Shown one piece after another: positions 1 to 12,150 of a stretch of DNA of 64,000 nt. Within the stretch, counting starts at the first letter, position 1. Each line of letters opens with the position of its first letter. The notes below the pieces were generated by a model. It made no database searches, was not told the DNA's origin, and saw only the letters and a list, made by a program, of their open reading frames with translations. Origin of the DNA: Eutreptiella sp. 'Long Island Sound 2002' (taxonomy: Eukaryota; Protista; Euglenida); assembly GCA_964036045.1 (NCBI GenBank), contig OZ038378.1, positions 55,366,001-55,430,000 of the forward strand. The letters are read 5' to 3'. Both the position numbers and the translations under genes were made by a program.

Positions 1-2381
1 GGAGGGCCAGGAGGAGGAGGCAGTTGGGGGTTGGGAGGGGGAAGGGCAAGCCCCACCACCCCCTAGCTCATGATTAGTGTGCAGAAGGTAAGAATCAGGC
101 CGGGTAAAGGGAAGGGGGAGACGTATGGTTGGTTTCCCCAACCCCTCACCCACAACACCCGCCGGGTCTCAACCGAGGACCCAGAGCGTGAGTGGTATGG
201 GGTCACCACTCCCAACATTATGTCAGGGAAAGGGGTGATTCTTTTTGCTTTCGGGGCAACGCCTCCCCTTATTGGGGAGGCCGAGGAAGTGGTTATGGCG
301 GAGCCCATGGGAGCCTCGAATAGGGATCCAATGGATCTTGTGGTCACTGTTGGGGATAGTTTGGGGCTGCGAACATGCATAGGATCTCAAGCAACATGGT
401 GTGACCTTTGCAAGTACTTTTGACGCATTGACCAATCAACAGGGAATGGTGTGTAAAGTGACTTTGGGTATCCCACCCCTCAGTGGGACTAGGGCCCTCA
501 GCATTAGACTGCCCACAATTGGCTTCATGTGGCGATGAGGTTCAAGGATGCCATGTAGTAGTGGCGGTAGTTGTTGGTGCTTCTAGTAGCTCCTTGGATG
601 CTATGAGGGTGTGTTGCATGCCCGGCACACACTATGCACCCTTTTATACTAAGCTGCAACAAACACCCATATTGTGTGGTATTGAGGCCATCATCGTTGT
701 TTGTTGCTAGGTATTTTGGAGGCTCTTCCGAATTAGGGACATGGCATAGTGTAATTTTCAACCCTTTTCACCCAAGTTTTCCCCGTTTTTACCGACGTTC
801 GCTACATGTTGTCCTTCACACGTGGATGTTGGCCTATGGTGACGGGGAACCACCTACTAACTAGTACATTCACAATGCGAAACAGCCAGTTGCGGATTAC
901 AAAGGTTTGAATGAACAAGCACACGGAGCATGACAACTATGTACGCCCTCTCATTGATGACACGCTCAAGGCGCTATTCAAGCGGAGGATGTACATCGCT
1001 TTTGATGTGTCTTGCAGTCTACCCGCAACAGTGTTGTGGCTATGCAGGTGCCTTTAGGCAGGTTGGGGGTGCTAGGTCCAATGTGAGGTTGTTGACCATG
1101 CTGGGGGATGTACTAGTTCACGGATGCACAAGAATCACCACAATATCTCTAGATTTTCTTTGATTTGTCTGATTTTATGCAGGAAAGTGTGCGATGTGGA
1201 GTTGCCCACTCAGTGCCAAGAGGGTGCCTCGCACGCAGCACACGAGATGTACACGCCCGAGTGACATAGAACAATGGTAGGAATGAATGTTGCACGAAAG
1301 CGGTCATAGGGCACTGAACACCAGGAGGATGGCCAATTGCTTTGTTTGGGTAAAAATATGTGTCTGGTGTCATTGTGGGCTGCAAAGGACGTTTCACATT
1401 CGAAAATATTGATGTTTCACATTCGAATGTATTGACGTTGCTGTGTTTTGCCTTCCTTGTATTCCACTGGGCATATGGCAATGAATGCTGGCCTCTTGCA
1501 GCCAGGGAGTGATGTCTTTTGCCTAATTGGCACTGAGCACATGCCTGCCACTGCCACTGTTGCGGCCTCTCATCCTTCCCTGAGTGCATTGCTATCAGAT
1601 ATGAGCACTTTGGCCATCCCCAGCTCTACAGGGATTGCCCAGGGATTGCCCAGTGCAGCATCTCACATTTCCTGTTGCCCGGGTGGACCCCCCTGCCTTG
1701 GATCCCTGTGTCTCCCCACCACCTGGCGCCTCCACCGAGTCTGTGGTAGTTGCATCCCAGCTCAGGAGGGATGAGGTCCTTGGAGTGAAGTGGACCGTTG
1801 TTGCCAGCCCCTTAGGCCACTGTGCCCCTGCGTGTAAAAAGGGTGCAGAACAGTGGTAGATGATGCATCCACTAGCAAGCGCGGTGCGCAGCGTGCAGTG
1901 CGGCGCATGGTGCAATTGAGGCACCCTCTGTTGGGCTTGAGTTTGGATTATGTCTAGTGTCTTTACTTAATACCTTACAGTGCATTGTATTATGCCTCAC
2001 CCATGAATGTCGGTGTCTGCTAGCCAATAGTCCAGTACCGGCGGGCTTTGAAGGAGCTTGGGAGCGTGATGATGGGCTAAAAATAGTAGCCTGCAAGGAT
2101 GCCCATTGAGTGCTGTGCTGGTCAGCTTCTATAGAATTGGGAGCTTGACCATTGCGCATGGTGCAGGCACACACTGAACATTCACTGGTGTAATATCTTG
2201 TGCAGAACCAAGCGCCTGATGGGGGCCATCAGCTAGCCAAGTGGCTGTCTCCATGCCTGCCCACCATGTCCATGCCTGCCCACCATGGCCCTTTCCACCT
2301 TGCCCTCATGCTCCACAGATCCACCTGCTCCTCGCAGTGCACCCCAAACCCAGGATGCACGCCTTGTGCTCTTCAGGTTTC

Positions 2382-2486
2382 ATGTTCTTTTCCCTGTACA
2401 TCTTCAACCGCACGGGGACATGCCTCTACTTCCAGGATTGGCACCGGAAGAAGAAGCCCGTGCCGGGGAGTAAAGAGCTGGATGAA
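2382..2486 (+). CDS. TRAPPC1: TRAPP complex subunit 1 (Bet5), exon 1
   Basis: ATG at 2382 gives MFFSLYIFNRTGTCLYFQDWHRKKKPVPGSKELDE, matching the TRAPPC1/sybindin-family N-terminus (LYIFNRxGxCLYxxxW). Ends at the donor GAA|gtatgc, phase 0. Confidence 0.93.
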
Positions 2487-3059
2487 GTATGCTTTGCCCA
2501 CTGGTGCACAAGCCCCTGCCGATTCCTTCGCTGACCCGGGTCGTGCTTGTGCAAGGGGGATGGGTTTACCTAGGGACAGGTATGGGAGCAGTACAGTGGG
2601 TGTATGGATTGTAGCAATTTGAGACCGGATTTTGGTTCCGAGCCCAATACAGTGACGCATGGAGGTGCTGGTTTTGTGTGGGCAGATTGCCACTGCAGCA
2701 TGGCCGTGTGCACTTTGTTGTGTGTTTGGTGTTTGCATAGTTGTCCTGTGCATCAGCTCCACATGCAAAGCTATCGTTTTCCAGCCTGGGCGCTACTTTT
2801 CTTGGAGCTGTGCTTGTCTTCAACAGCCTTGTCTTCGGTGCAGTCGGTGTAGGGGCAGTAGGAATTGGGTATTGCAAACCCAATCCTTGAGGTCCTGGCT
2901 GGGAAGCTGGGCTGAAATAAACTTGAACAGCAGTATGCTGGTGTGTTTGGGGCTTGAACTGGGATGACCAGGGGAGGGCACAGGCCATCGAGATGTCAGG
3001 CAAGGCAAGGCAACACCTCCACCACATTACACCGCACCGCATTGACAAATCATACGACG

Positions 3060-3450
3060 TTACAACATAACCCAACACAACACAACACAACACAATGCAC
3101 CACACCACACCACACCACACCACACCAAACCACACCACACCACACCACACCACACCACACCACACCACACCACACCACACCACACCACACCACACCACAC
3201 CACACCACACCACACCACACCACACCACACCACACCACACCACACCACACCACACCACACCACACCACACCACACCACACCACACCACACCACACCACAC
3301 CACACCACACCACAACGCACCACACCACACCCACCACCACCATCACACAACACAACTCAATACAGCATGGCACAACACAAGACGTCGCAGCACAACACCA
3401 ACACAACGCAGCACAACGCAGCACAGCGCAATGCCACAACACACCACACC
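3060..3450. repeat. (CACAC)n pentanucleotide microsatellite with degenerate flanks, in TRAPPC1 intron 1
   Basis: Near-perfect CACAC run at about 3100-3312. It explains the spurious HHTTP and VWCGV ORFs. Confidence 0.97.
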
Positions 3451-3493
3451 ACACCTGGTGTGGACCTGCCAGCATGCCTTTGTCGTTTTGCAG

Positions 3494-3564
3494 GAGTTCA
3501 AATTGATGGCGGGGCTATTATATTCCCTGAAGCAGTTCGTAATCAGTGTCTCCCCTGCCAAAGA
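3494..3564 (+). CDS. TRAPPC1: TRAPPC1 exon 2
   Basis: Acceptor ttttgcag| then EFKLMAGLLYSLKQFVISVSPAK, matching the family KLMxGxLxSxxxF motif. Donor GA|gtatgt, phase 2. Confidence 0.93.
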
Positions 3565-4754
3565 GTATGTCCTACTGCTGGCTGCAGAGGGTCGTCTGCA
3601 CCTGCCAAAACGTAGGCACCCTGTTCACGATGCAAAGAAGCATCACTAGGGACGTGAGGAGTGGCATAGACATCCCACTTTCCCACTTCCCCAGGTCCAC
3701 AACCAACACAGTGTGTAGGCTGGCGCGCCTCCACCAAACACAGTCAAAGGCGTTCAATTGGAAGTACCAACTAGCAAACCTGCTATGCCTTTGACCTCCC
3801 CTCTCCCCCTCCAGCGGCGTTGCCCTTGCTCAGGGATGCTCCCGTGGGTATAACAAGGGAAATGCTGGGGAAAGCTGTAAGCAGGAATAGTTAGCAAGTG
3901 TTCCATCCCATGTGTGTAGTGAGTGCTCCACAGGTGGTGTTTGATAGGCGGTCTGCCCGCACTTCTGCCTTTCGCAGGCTCAACCAGTGCCTGTGGAGAG
4001 TATTTAGACGTAGCACATGGCCAAAAGGAGGAACCACGGGACCACAGGGGCACATGCCACAACGGACCCAACACTGTAGCATTGGCACCCGATTCGTCCA
4101 CATGTGGCGACAAAACGAGGGGTGCCAAAGAGTCTTATTCTCCCTGTTGCTCTTGGTCTGCGATCCTGTGTTGCAGTAGTTGGGTTGGTTGCGAGCACAT
4201 GACCCGACAAAACACGTTTCTTTTCTTGGAAATAAGACTCTCTGAAGAGCGCACCCTGCAAATTGCCTCCGCACACTGGCAAGACGTCATGACGTGTTTT
4301 TCATTTCCGCCTTTTCTATACTTTCACCCGCGGTGCATATCACCATGCACACGACCCAGTAAAACAATCCCCTGTATTTTAAATGCGCTTTCAGGTGGAC
4401 TGACATGGCATCCTGTAGCCTGCAGGTCATAACGACTGAATTCAAAATCTTAGGCCTTCTGATTGCAGTCTTCCCTGTCTTCTGGCCCATAACACCCTCC
4501 CCTCCCCACGTCACTGCTGTCACAATTGAACTGAGTCAGTCTGGCATGAGGTCAGGATCATGAAGGTTATTTGAAACCCTGACATCATGGCACCCCTGTC
4601 ACTGGACCCCCACATTCGGAAGTAAGAATCATGGCCCTGGCCATTGACATGGGGGGTAGTATCATTGCATCTATGCTTCCAGCATCCTCTCTACAAGGAC
4701 CAACACAGTGTAGATGGGATTCCCTATTTATAGGAGCCTGCTGTCGTGTTGCAG

Positions 4755-4889
4755 GTCGGACTCTATGATCAGCTACAAGACAAACAAATACAAGCTGCAC
4801 TACTTGGAGACCCCCACAGGGATTCGGTTTGCCGTCACCACCGATTTGGGCTGTCCGGACATGCGGACCGAGCTCAGGAACATCTATAG
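4755..4889 (+). CDS. TRAPPC1: TRAPPC1 exon 3
   Basis: Acceptor gttgcag|G completes GAG, then SDSMISYKTNKYKLHYLETPTGIRFAVTTDLGCPDMRTELRNIY (hallmark YKLHYxETPTG). Donor AG|gtctgc. Confidence 0.95.
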   Translation, partial: VGLYDQLQDKQIQAALLGDPHRDSVCRHHRFGLSGHADRAQEHL

Positions 4890-5469
4890 GTCTGCGCCCC
4901 ATCGGGACCCTCTGGCCTTTCGCGTATGGCTCATGGAAGGGATCGGGGTTGGCTGTCGTGGACAGTGCGTTGACAGTCCACACACCTTCCCCTGGCGCCA
5001 GGGCCATAGGGCCCATGGGGTATAGGGGAATGTGGCGGGGGAAGGTGGCACTGCCCGGATCCACCTCCAGCACTGCCAGGAGCTGACCTCAGCACCCGTC
5101 TGTCGTTCCACTGCCACTGCACACAGCATTTTCTTACCCCCCCCCCCATTCTCCCTTCTTACCCCCCCCCCCCCCATTCTCCCTTCACACATCCTTTCAG
5201 ACTCAGGGATGTCTTTCTGAACTGTTGTTCGGATTATCGAATAGGATTCTGTCTGCATGCACAGCAATGACGAGTCGTGGGTTGGCCGCAGAGGTTGCCA
5301 GCTAAGAGCAAGGCCAGTCAATCGCAAGGGGCTAGTGTGGATTGTGACCTGTGGTACGCACGCCCTTTGGCTGGACCAACCCCGGTGCAGTAGAACGTGA
5401 GTCAAGGACAGAGTGAGTGACAGAGTGATCGGAACCAGTGTTCAGGGCAATTAGACGAGCTTTCACTGG

Positions 5470-6362
5470 GCATATCTCTCTGGGACGCTCGGAATGGTGC
5501 CAACGCGGAGCGTTTTCAGGGGTCGGTGCCATTGTTGCCTCATTTGTGCCTGCTGAGTGTCCCGAAGGGGGGGGGTATATTCAGAAAGCCCTTGAACAGG
5601 GCTATTTGGAACACCCTGGGTTTGCATGCTGTACTGACGACATGTTTGATATTTTCGTCCGTTTTGGACAGTGCCGGTGTTGCTTGCTGCCTCCTTTTGT
5701 CAACAGGCAGTCGCCATGTCCGCATACAAATTCACGCAACGGGCTGTTGCATCTCCCGATGCACCACAGAAACCTTTGGTTCGCAAAAGAGCACGCTCTG
5801 GCGGTGCAAATTGGGTGCAGGTTACTCGTGAGAAGTCCCCCAGCAAAGCAAAAAAGCCTCGCACTGCCGGTTCGCAGCAACCTGCATGCCAACACGAGGA
5901 GCACCAGATTCTATCCACTTCTGAGGCCACCGCTTTTGCAGCCCAGTTTTGGGATAAAAGACTCACCCCACCAAGGCTTCGCAACATGAATTTCTGGCAA
6001 CCTGCATCGACGTTGAATTGGAGCAAAATGTGAAACATGCAGGTCGCCAGAAGTACACCAGAAAGAGGGGGCACCAGACAAGGTACTTTCGGAATAATGA
6101 GTCATCCGTGGAGCATTGCCTGCGCCCTGTGCGTTGTCCCGTTTACAGCTCCGGGCTCCAAATTGTGACCACGTACACCCCCCAACCCATACATTTCCGA
6201 AACGGCCTTTTCGCACTGATTTCAAAAAGCATACACATACCCCCCCCCCCCCCCCCCCGAGGTAACGACATTTTCGGACATTAGACCAAAAGTTGAGAAA
6301 ACCCTGCCGAAATGCAAATTTGCTCCGTGTTGGCACCTTCTGGATGTCCCAGAGAGATATAT
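5470..6362. mobile_element. Possible degenerate insertion bounded by inverted repeats, in TRAPPC1 intron 3
   Basis: atatctctctgggacg...ggtgccaacgcggagc near 5472-5510 is an imperfect reverse complement of gctccgtgttggcacc...gtcccagagagatat near 6322-6360. No TSD identified. Confidence 0.35.
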
Positions 6363-6879
6363 GATATGCAACTGGGGAAAGACTCAGGGGGGGAGGGGGA
6401 GGGGCAGCATTGGAGGGGAACTGATGGCGGTTGCAGAGTAACCGTTGACGTTTGGAAATCACCGACGGCACTTGGACGATAATGAGGGCAGTCCTCAATG
6501 CAATAAAACAACCTGTGCCTGTGCTTAGGAGACCGCCGTGCTCTGTGCCGCAATGGCTTCCCACTCCCCTTCCCAACTCGTTGTTTCACACAATGACCCC
6601 CCTCTCTCACGGATGCATCCAGCGTAGTCTCAATCGCGTGGTAGGGCCAGGGAGCAAGAACTGCGATGGGAAAGGGCAAACCCCGCCAGCACACCTAGTC
6701 CTACTCTATGCTTTGATTGTGTTGTGCGGCCCAACCATTTCAGCCACACACAGCACCGCGTGGCCTCACTTGCTCTTCACCAACACCTCTCCTCCGTCCT
6801 GCCAGCGCCGCCGCTGCATGCAGCACTGCTGCACCTGCATGCCCCTTCACCAGCGCCCCCTCTGCCCCTGTGCAAACAG

Positions 6880-7015
6880 CGCCTTCTACGTGGAGTTCGT
6901 CGTGAAGGACCCCATGTACATGCCCAACACGTACATCACCAGCGTGGCGTTCAAGGAGGGCGTCGAGAAGTACATGCAGAAGCTGCCGCATTTCGCGACC
7001 CCGGGCGCTGTGTAG
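6880..7015 (+). CDS. TRAPPC1: TRAPPC1 exon 4 (terminal)
   Basis: Acceptor aaacag|C completes AGC, then SAFYVEFVVKDPMYMPNTYITSVAFKEGVEKYMQKLPHFATPGAV*. The four exons sum to 447 nt (148 aa plus stop) and all phases are compatible. Confidence 0.95.
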
Positions 7016-9229
7016 AGCCACGCCCCTGACTACCACAGCCCTCGTCACGCCCTTCGGGGGGCTGCACCCACAGGCCTTGGGTCGCCTGCATCCCTCTGCG
7101 CCATTGACCCCCTCGCAACGGTACCTGTTGTGGTAACAGTTGGGATGGGGGGCAAACCATCGAACGGGGCCGTTGGTGTGCCGGTTGGTACCGCTGGTTT
7201 AACGCAAACGGTTGTGTTCTGCGAAGGCAAACCTTTGGGTCTGTGTGTGGGTACCACAGGGCCGAGGGGTCCCTGCCAGAGTGTGGGGAACGGCATAGGC
7301 TTCTGACCCACAGGGCCCCCTGACCATCCGTAGGAGAGACCAAGCTGGTCTGTAGAGGTGGTGGGGGGTGGGGGGTCACAGTTGTATTGGTTTGAGTAGT
7401 GATTTGTCCCACTGCACACAGTCTCAGCAACACTGCCCCGGCGCCTCCGCTCCTCCTGCCAGCGCTGACAGGCTCCACATTCAGTCATCGGGGGGGGGGG
7501 AGGGGGGGAGGCACCGATGGACCGGCCGTGCAACGCTGACTCAGGGCCAGGGCGGTGGGGAGTGGTTTATGGGGGTCAGCAGCTTCGGGGCACGCGGGGG
7601 GATTCGGGTGGTTGCGTCGTTAATGAGGAGCGCCTAACTTCCCATCCGAAGGTCCAGCATAACGACAGCTGGACGTCCGGGGCAGCAGGCAGCCCTGCGG
7701 GACTGGGTGCCCACCCCCTCCTCCAAAAAAACGAGCAACTCCCAGGGACGAGGAGGGGGAGGGCGGCACAGCAACGGACTGCAGTGTTGGCCGTCAATTC
7801 CACTGCCTTCGACAATGCCACCTCGCAGACGCAGCCCGATTTCTAGACAGGCTATGATTGCCTTTTCGGGGTGTCTGCAGCAGCTGCGGAGGGTGCCATG
7901 TGCCACATGGTGCCACATGGCGCCCCATCTGGTTTTCTGTACCCATACTGTCACCAATTGCTGAGGCAGGCATGCCCCAGTCCCCGCCGGGGCTTGTCGA
8001 CAATGGTACAGCAGAATGTGATGCAGGGCTGACATTTAGGCAGCAGATTTCTGTTCCAAGTTGTTCACAACACGGTCTAGCCCCCCCCCCCCCCCTCCGT
8101 TGGCACCTACAGTGCAGGGAGGTAAGCATCGGTGACACTGTTAGATCAAGGGCACTGGGTGGTGAGGGGCCAATGGGCACCACTGCTTACCGACGGAAAG
8201 GTTTCGAAGACAAGGTAAGTGGTGAGAGGCCAACGGCACCTCCAATTTCAGACAGCAACTGCCGCCGGCGTCATGCCCATCCACCCCTCCGGCATATCCC
8301 TTTCCTTTTTTCAAGCGCAGCCTTGTCTACGTACGTTGACCTCGTCTGACCGTCCTTCTTCTGACCGCAGTGCTTGATGGCTGGGGATGCAGGACGACAT
8401 GTTTGTGAGCCCTTTCTCCTGGGACAACGTAGTACCTTGCCGATAGGCAATAGAATTAAAGGCCCGGTGGGTCACCAATGGCCCAGTAATGGGCTCTCTG
8501 GATGCTTACCGTGTAATCCATAACCCTCGAACCCTCTGACCATAGCCCTAAATGCCCTGTGTTTTCAAGCCCCGTGCCGCAGTACGGCACACAGAGACCG
8601 TGCAAGAGGTGTTGCTGTTTGTGACACCATTCTTCTTCAGGAGGGCAACCCCATTTCTGCCCAAGTCGCAGTGGAGTGGCAACGGGTATGTCACCTTCAA
8701 GTGGGGTCCGCTGGAGGACATCTGCCTGTCGCATGTGCACACAGCCCTGTTCATGTATGGGAGGATCCCTGTCTAACCGTCATTTCCCCGACCTGGGCCT
8801 TGGGGAGTTGCATGGGCACTGCGTGCACGCTTGGCAAGATCCACCAGATATGCATCATTCCCATTCGGAACACTTTGACGTTGGGGTTCCGCCCACACGG
8901 GGCCTGTAGATTGGGTCATCCGTGTGGTATGGGTTCCAATCCTCAGGCAACACATGCACTGCTGGGGGTATCGCTATGTCTTGAGCATTGTGGAAAAGGT
9001 CCAAAATCAGGATTTGAGTATTTACTGACACGCAAAACTCTGCAGTGTGTACGCATGCGCCAACCGCATTCCCTTGCCTGCGTGTGGTACAGGAAAGCCC
9101 CGGCGCCATTCCGCAGGTTTTGATGCAAATCACCTCAAAGATGGTTGTTCGATCAAGCGCAGGCGCGGGCGTCGTATGCCCCCCCTTTTTGGGGTCGTTC
9201 ACATAGCATACCCCAAGATATGGTACCAC

Positions 9230-9537
9230 CGTTTTAAGACAGGAAATGAGGCCCCGATGAATTTTTCAGTTTCGACCCTCCTATCCCCCCTGTACCCAGG
9301 GACCCCATTTTTGGGGTGGGGGATTGGTTGGGGTGGGGGGGGGGGTCAAAGCATGTTTTAGATCCTCTTTACGCGGTTTTCACCTTATTTGGGTGTTGGA
9401 GGGCGGGGCTCCCAAGGGGGCCGGGGCATCCGCCATTTTACTTTAGCGGCGGGGGGGGGGGGTTGATATTGTGACCATTCACAATGATCAAATATCTTAT
9501 GTAATGCATGTTCTAGACCCTCTTCATGTGTTTATCA
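9230..9537. repeat. Dispersed repeat with internal sub-repeats, split by the LINE insertions (continues at 24285-24510)
   Basis: Variants of gatcaaagatcttatttaaagcatgctttagaccctctttatgtggttttcacc occur near 9350, near 9485-9533 (resuming at 24304) and near 24445-24500. Confidence 0.6.
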
Positions 9538-9673
9538 TTCGTCCCTCCTGGCCGCCGTGCAGGCACAGTCGGGGGGCTTGTAGGTGCGGCCACGGGCGCC
9601 TGAACTTGACTCGGCCCACCTCCCCGCCCCTTTGCCTCTGTACATAGGCCAGCGGACGCTAAAAGATGAATGC
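9538..9673 (+). mobile_element. Short 5'-truncated copy (3' end only) of the site-specific LINE family
   Basis: 9541-9672 aligns end to end with 24152-24283, the 3' end of the long LINE. It is flanked by cctcttcatgtgttt(a/t)tca at 9519-9537 and 9674-9692. Confidence 0.8.
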
Positions 9674-9949
9674 CCTCTTCATGTGTTTTTCATGCCTCTT
9701 GTTGTGAACCTGCACGTGGTGAGGCTGCCTAGCTAGGCTACAGCTCTCTTGAATTTTCTTTTGACGCTTCCGCGTCTTCCTTTGACTTCGCCCTCACGCC
9801 CTGCGCACGATGGGTGACCAAGTGGGGGTGGCCACCCAGCTGGCCGCCCTCCTACGGCGCCCGGGGGTGGCACCCAGCTGGCCGCCCTCCTACGGCGCCC
9901 CGCGGTCCTTACGGACATAGGCGCGGCACTGGCTCCTTTTCTCTCGCGG

Positions 9950-12150
9950 GTGCACCGCCCGCGACCGTCGACGAGGGGGCGGCGCGCAGCCGCTCCCGTC
10001 CCAAGGGGTGCAAGGGGGGCGGTGGATCGACCCAACCGCCCCCCCCCCCCTCCCCCTATTGCGGAGCAGGCGATGATCGCCTCGCTCCGGCTGAAAATTG
10101 CGTCCCTCGAGGGCAAAATCAACACCCCCCACCGCGAGCTGGCGGAGTCGCGGGGCGAGCTGGGCCCCGACGCGGCCCAGGGAAGCCGCTGCGGCCCCGG
10201 CCGCATCGACGACAGCGGCGGCAAAGGCCAAGGCCGCGACGAACGCCGCGGCTGCAGCAGCCGACAAGACGGATGCCTCCACGTCCCGGGCGGCCACTAA
10301 CCGGCGGCTGGCGGGGCAAAACCACAGCCGGCGTTCCAAGAACGCCCGGGCAAAGCAAGCCGCAGCACCTCCTCAGGGTCCCCCCCTCCCCCCCCGCACC
10401 CCAGTCCCCGTCCGTGTGGACTGGCACTAGCTCAGGCCAGCGGAGCTTGGAGCACCGCGACGGGTGCCTCTGCCGATCGGGGCATCTTCCCGCTCACCCC
10501 TTCGCCTCCTCGCAGCCTTCCTGGGCACAGGAGGACATCAAGACGGCCCGGGGCAACATCACCCTGTGGGGAATGGGAGGCGTCGCGGAGGGGTCCGCTC
10601 ACCCGCCCCCCCCCCCCCATTAGGCTAGCCCCGGTGGCGCGGCCTACGCCTCAGCGACGCGATCTGCTGCGCGGGGATCCCGGCCGGCTGCGGTGCGGGT
10701 GGTGGCGGCCGCTGGCCGCGCCAAGGCGGCACTCCCGCCAATACAACCCACGGCAGCGGCCCTCTGGGCCTTGCTCCCTCCGACGACGGCTGTGCAGCCG
10801 CTCCACCTCTACCAAGGTGAATCCCTGGACACGATCCAGGAATGGGGCATCGCCCAAATCACGCCGGGGCGACACCCAGCTGAATGGAAGCAGCCCTCCT
10901 AGGAGGGGGCCCTACGATGCCTGGGCTTGGTGGGCTGCACGGTCCACGAGGCCCACCTCGGCTGCACGGTCCACGAGGCCCACCTCGGCTGCGGCCGCCC
11001 TCACAGCGCATGATGGCGTCCAGCGCGTCACGGCGCTGGTGCGCGTCCTGGGAGGTAGCAAAGCGGCCCCCACGGTGGCGATCCTGCTGCAGGCACTCCA
11101 CTGCTCGAAGACCAGCCTCGCGGTACCGGTCACGTCCTTGCAGGGCGTGGTACGGACCGAGCGCCAACCCTGGGAAACGGCCGACCTGGAGGTGGTGGAC
11201 CCCTCGCCGCCGTGGCATGTTTTGCAGCTCGTCTGGGAGCGTCTCCCGGAGGATGACGAGCGGGAGGCGGCTGAGCTCCCGGACATAGATCCTGGCCGCT
11301 GGACCCCTTGCCGTCCACGGTCTGGGTCGTCTGCGTTCTGGACCCGGCTATCCTGGCGCATGCCGTCATACGCCGGCTCCACGTGGGGTCTCTTGGCAAG
11401 GACCACGCCTGGCGGCATCTCAAGCCGCTCATGGGGGCGGCTCTGCCCCACCCCCCGCCCATGCAGACAGCAGTCTGGGGGTCGAAAGTGGAGGTCTCTG
11501 CGGATCTCCCGTCGTCGGTGGCGCCGCTCGTGATGCATGCCAGCGGCAAGGCCGGGGGTATCCATTTCCGGCCGTGGATAGTCACGGGCGCCGCCTGCCA
11601 GCAACCCGCGTTCGTGCTGTGGTACCAGCAGCCGCCGGAGCGCCGCGGGCCCTCCCCGGAGGTCTGGAAGACCCTCGCCGAGGACCAGGAGCTCCATTCG
11701 ATGTTTGCGGGACTAGTGGACGGGGGTGCCCCCTGCAACGCGGGAGTCCGCATGTGGAAGGCCAAGCCAGCGGACCCCAAGGTGGTAGCGGACATCGCCG
11801 GCTTGCTAGGCACACCAGCCCCAGCGCAGATCACCTCTGTGCGGGTCCGGGGCTATCCGGCACAGCTGGGCCTGGCGCTGGACGAGTATGTGCAGCTGCG
11901 GCGCTACGCCCGAGAGGCTTTTGGGCCAGAGGTGCCCATCCGCGTCCACCGCAGCACCCAGTTGGCCCATGGCATCCTCAACCGGCCGGTCTTTGACCTT
12001 AAGCTGGAGGGGGTGCCTGAGGACTGGCCGGGTGTCCGGCTGGGCGCGCCCCACGCCCGCCTGCCTCACCGCCTCACAGCGGACCACCCGCAGCTCCCGC
12101 CAGGGGCGCTACCAGCCCGTGGGCCCCGCGGCCCGGATGACGCGCCTTGA
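9950..12150 (+). pseudogene. LINE ORF1 remnant (coiled-coil region plus globular region), broken by frameshifts and stops
   Basis: Protein-like segments such as MIASLRLKIASLEGKINT and VWVVCVLDPAILAHAV...RPVFDLKLEGVPEDW lie upstream of ORF2. No named domain confirmed. Confidence 0.55.

Noticed and set aside
600-1500. Possible KDZ-type transposase remnant (MYIAFDVSCSL)
   Set aside because: Too degenerate. Similar AT-rich decayed stretches at 24.6-26.5, 42.6-44.3 and 47.8-53.4 kb could not be assigned either.
2566-3649. Long ORFs of HHTTP or VWCGV repeats
   Set aside because: Artefacts of the (CACAC)n microsatellite in an intron. The same applies to the ER and LS ORFs at 17.1 kb and the MGENGG and FPHFP ORFs at 35.2 kb.
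8548-8760. Minus-strand YPLPLHCDLG resembling the RAG1 LHCDIG motif, or a small plus-strand exon
   Set aside because: A single short motif with no supporting neighbours or compatible exons.
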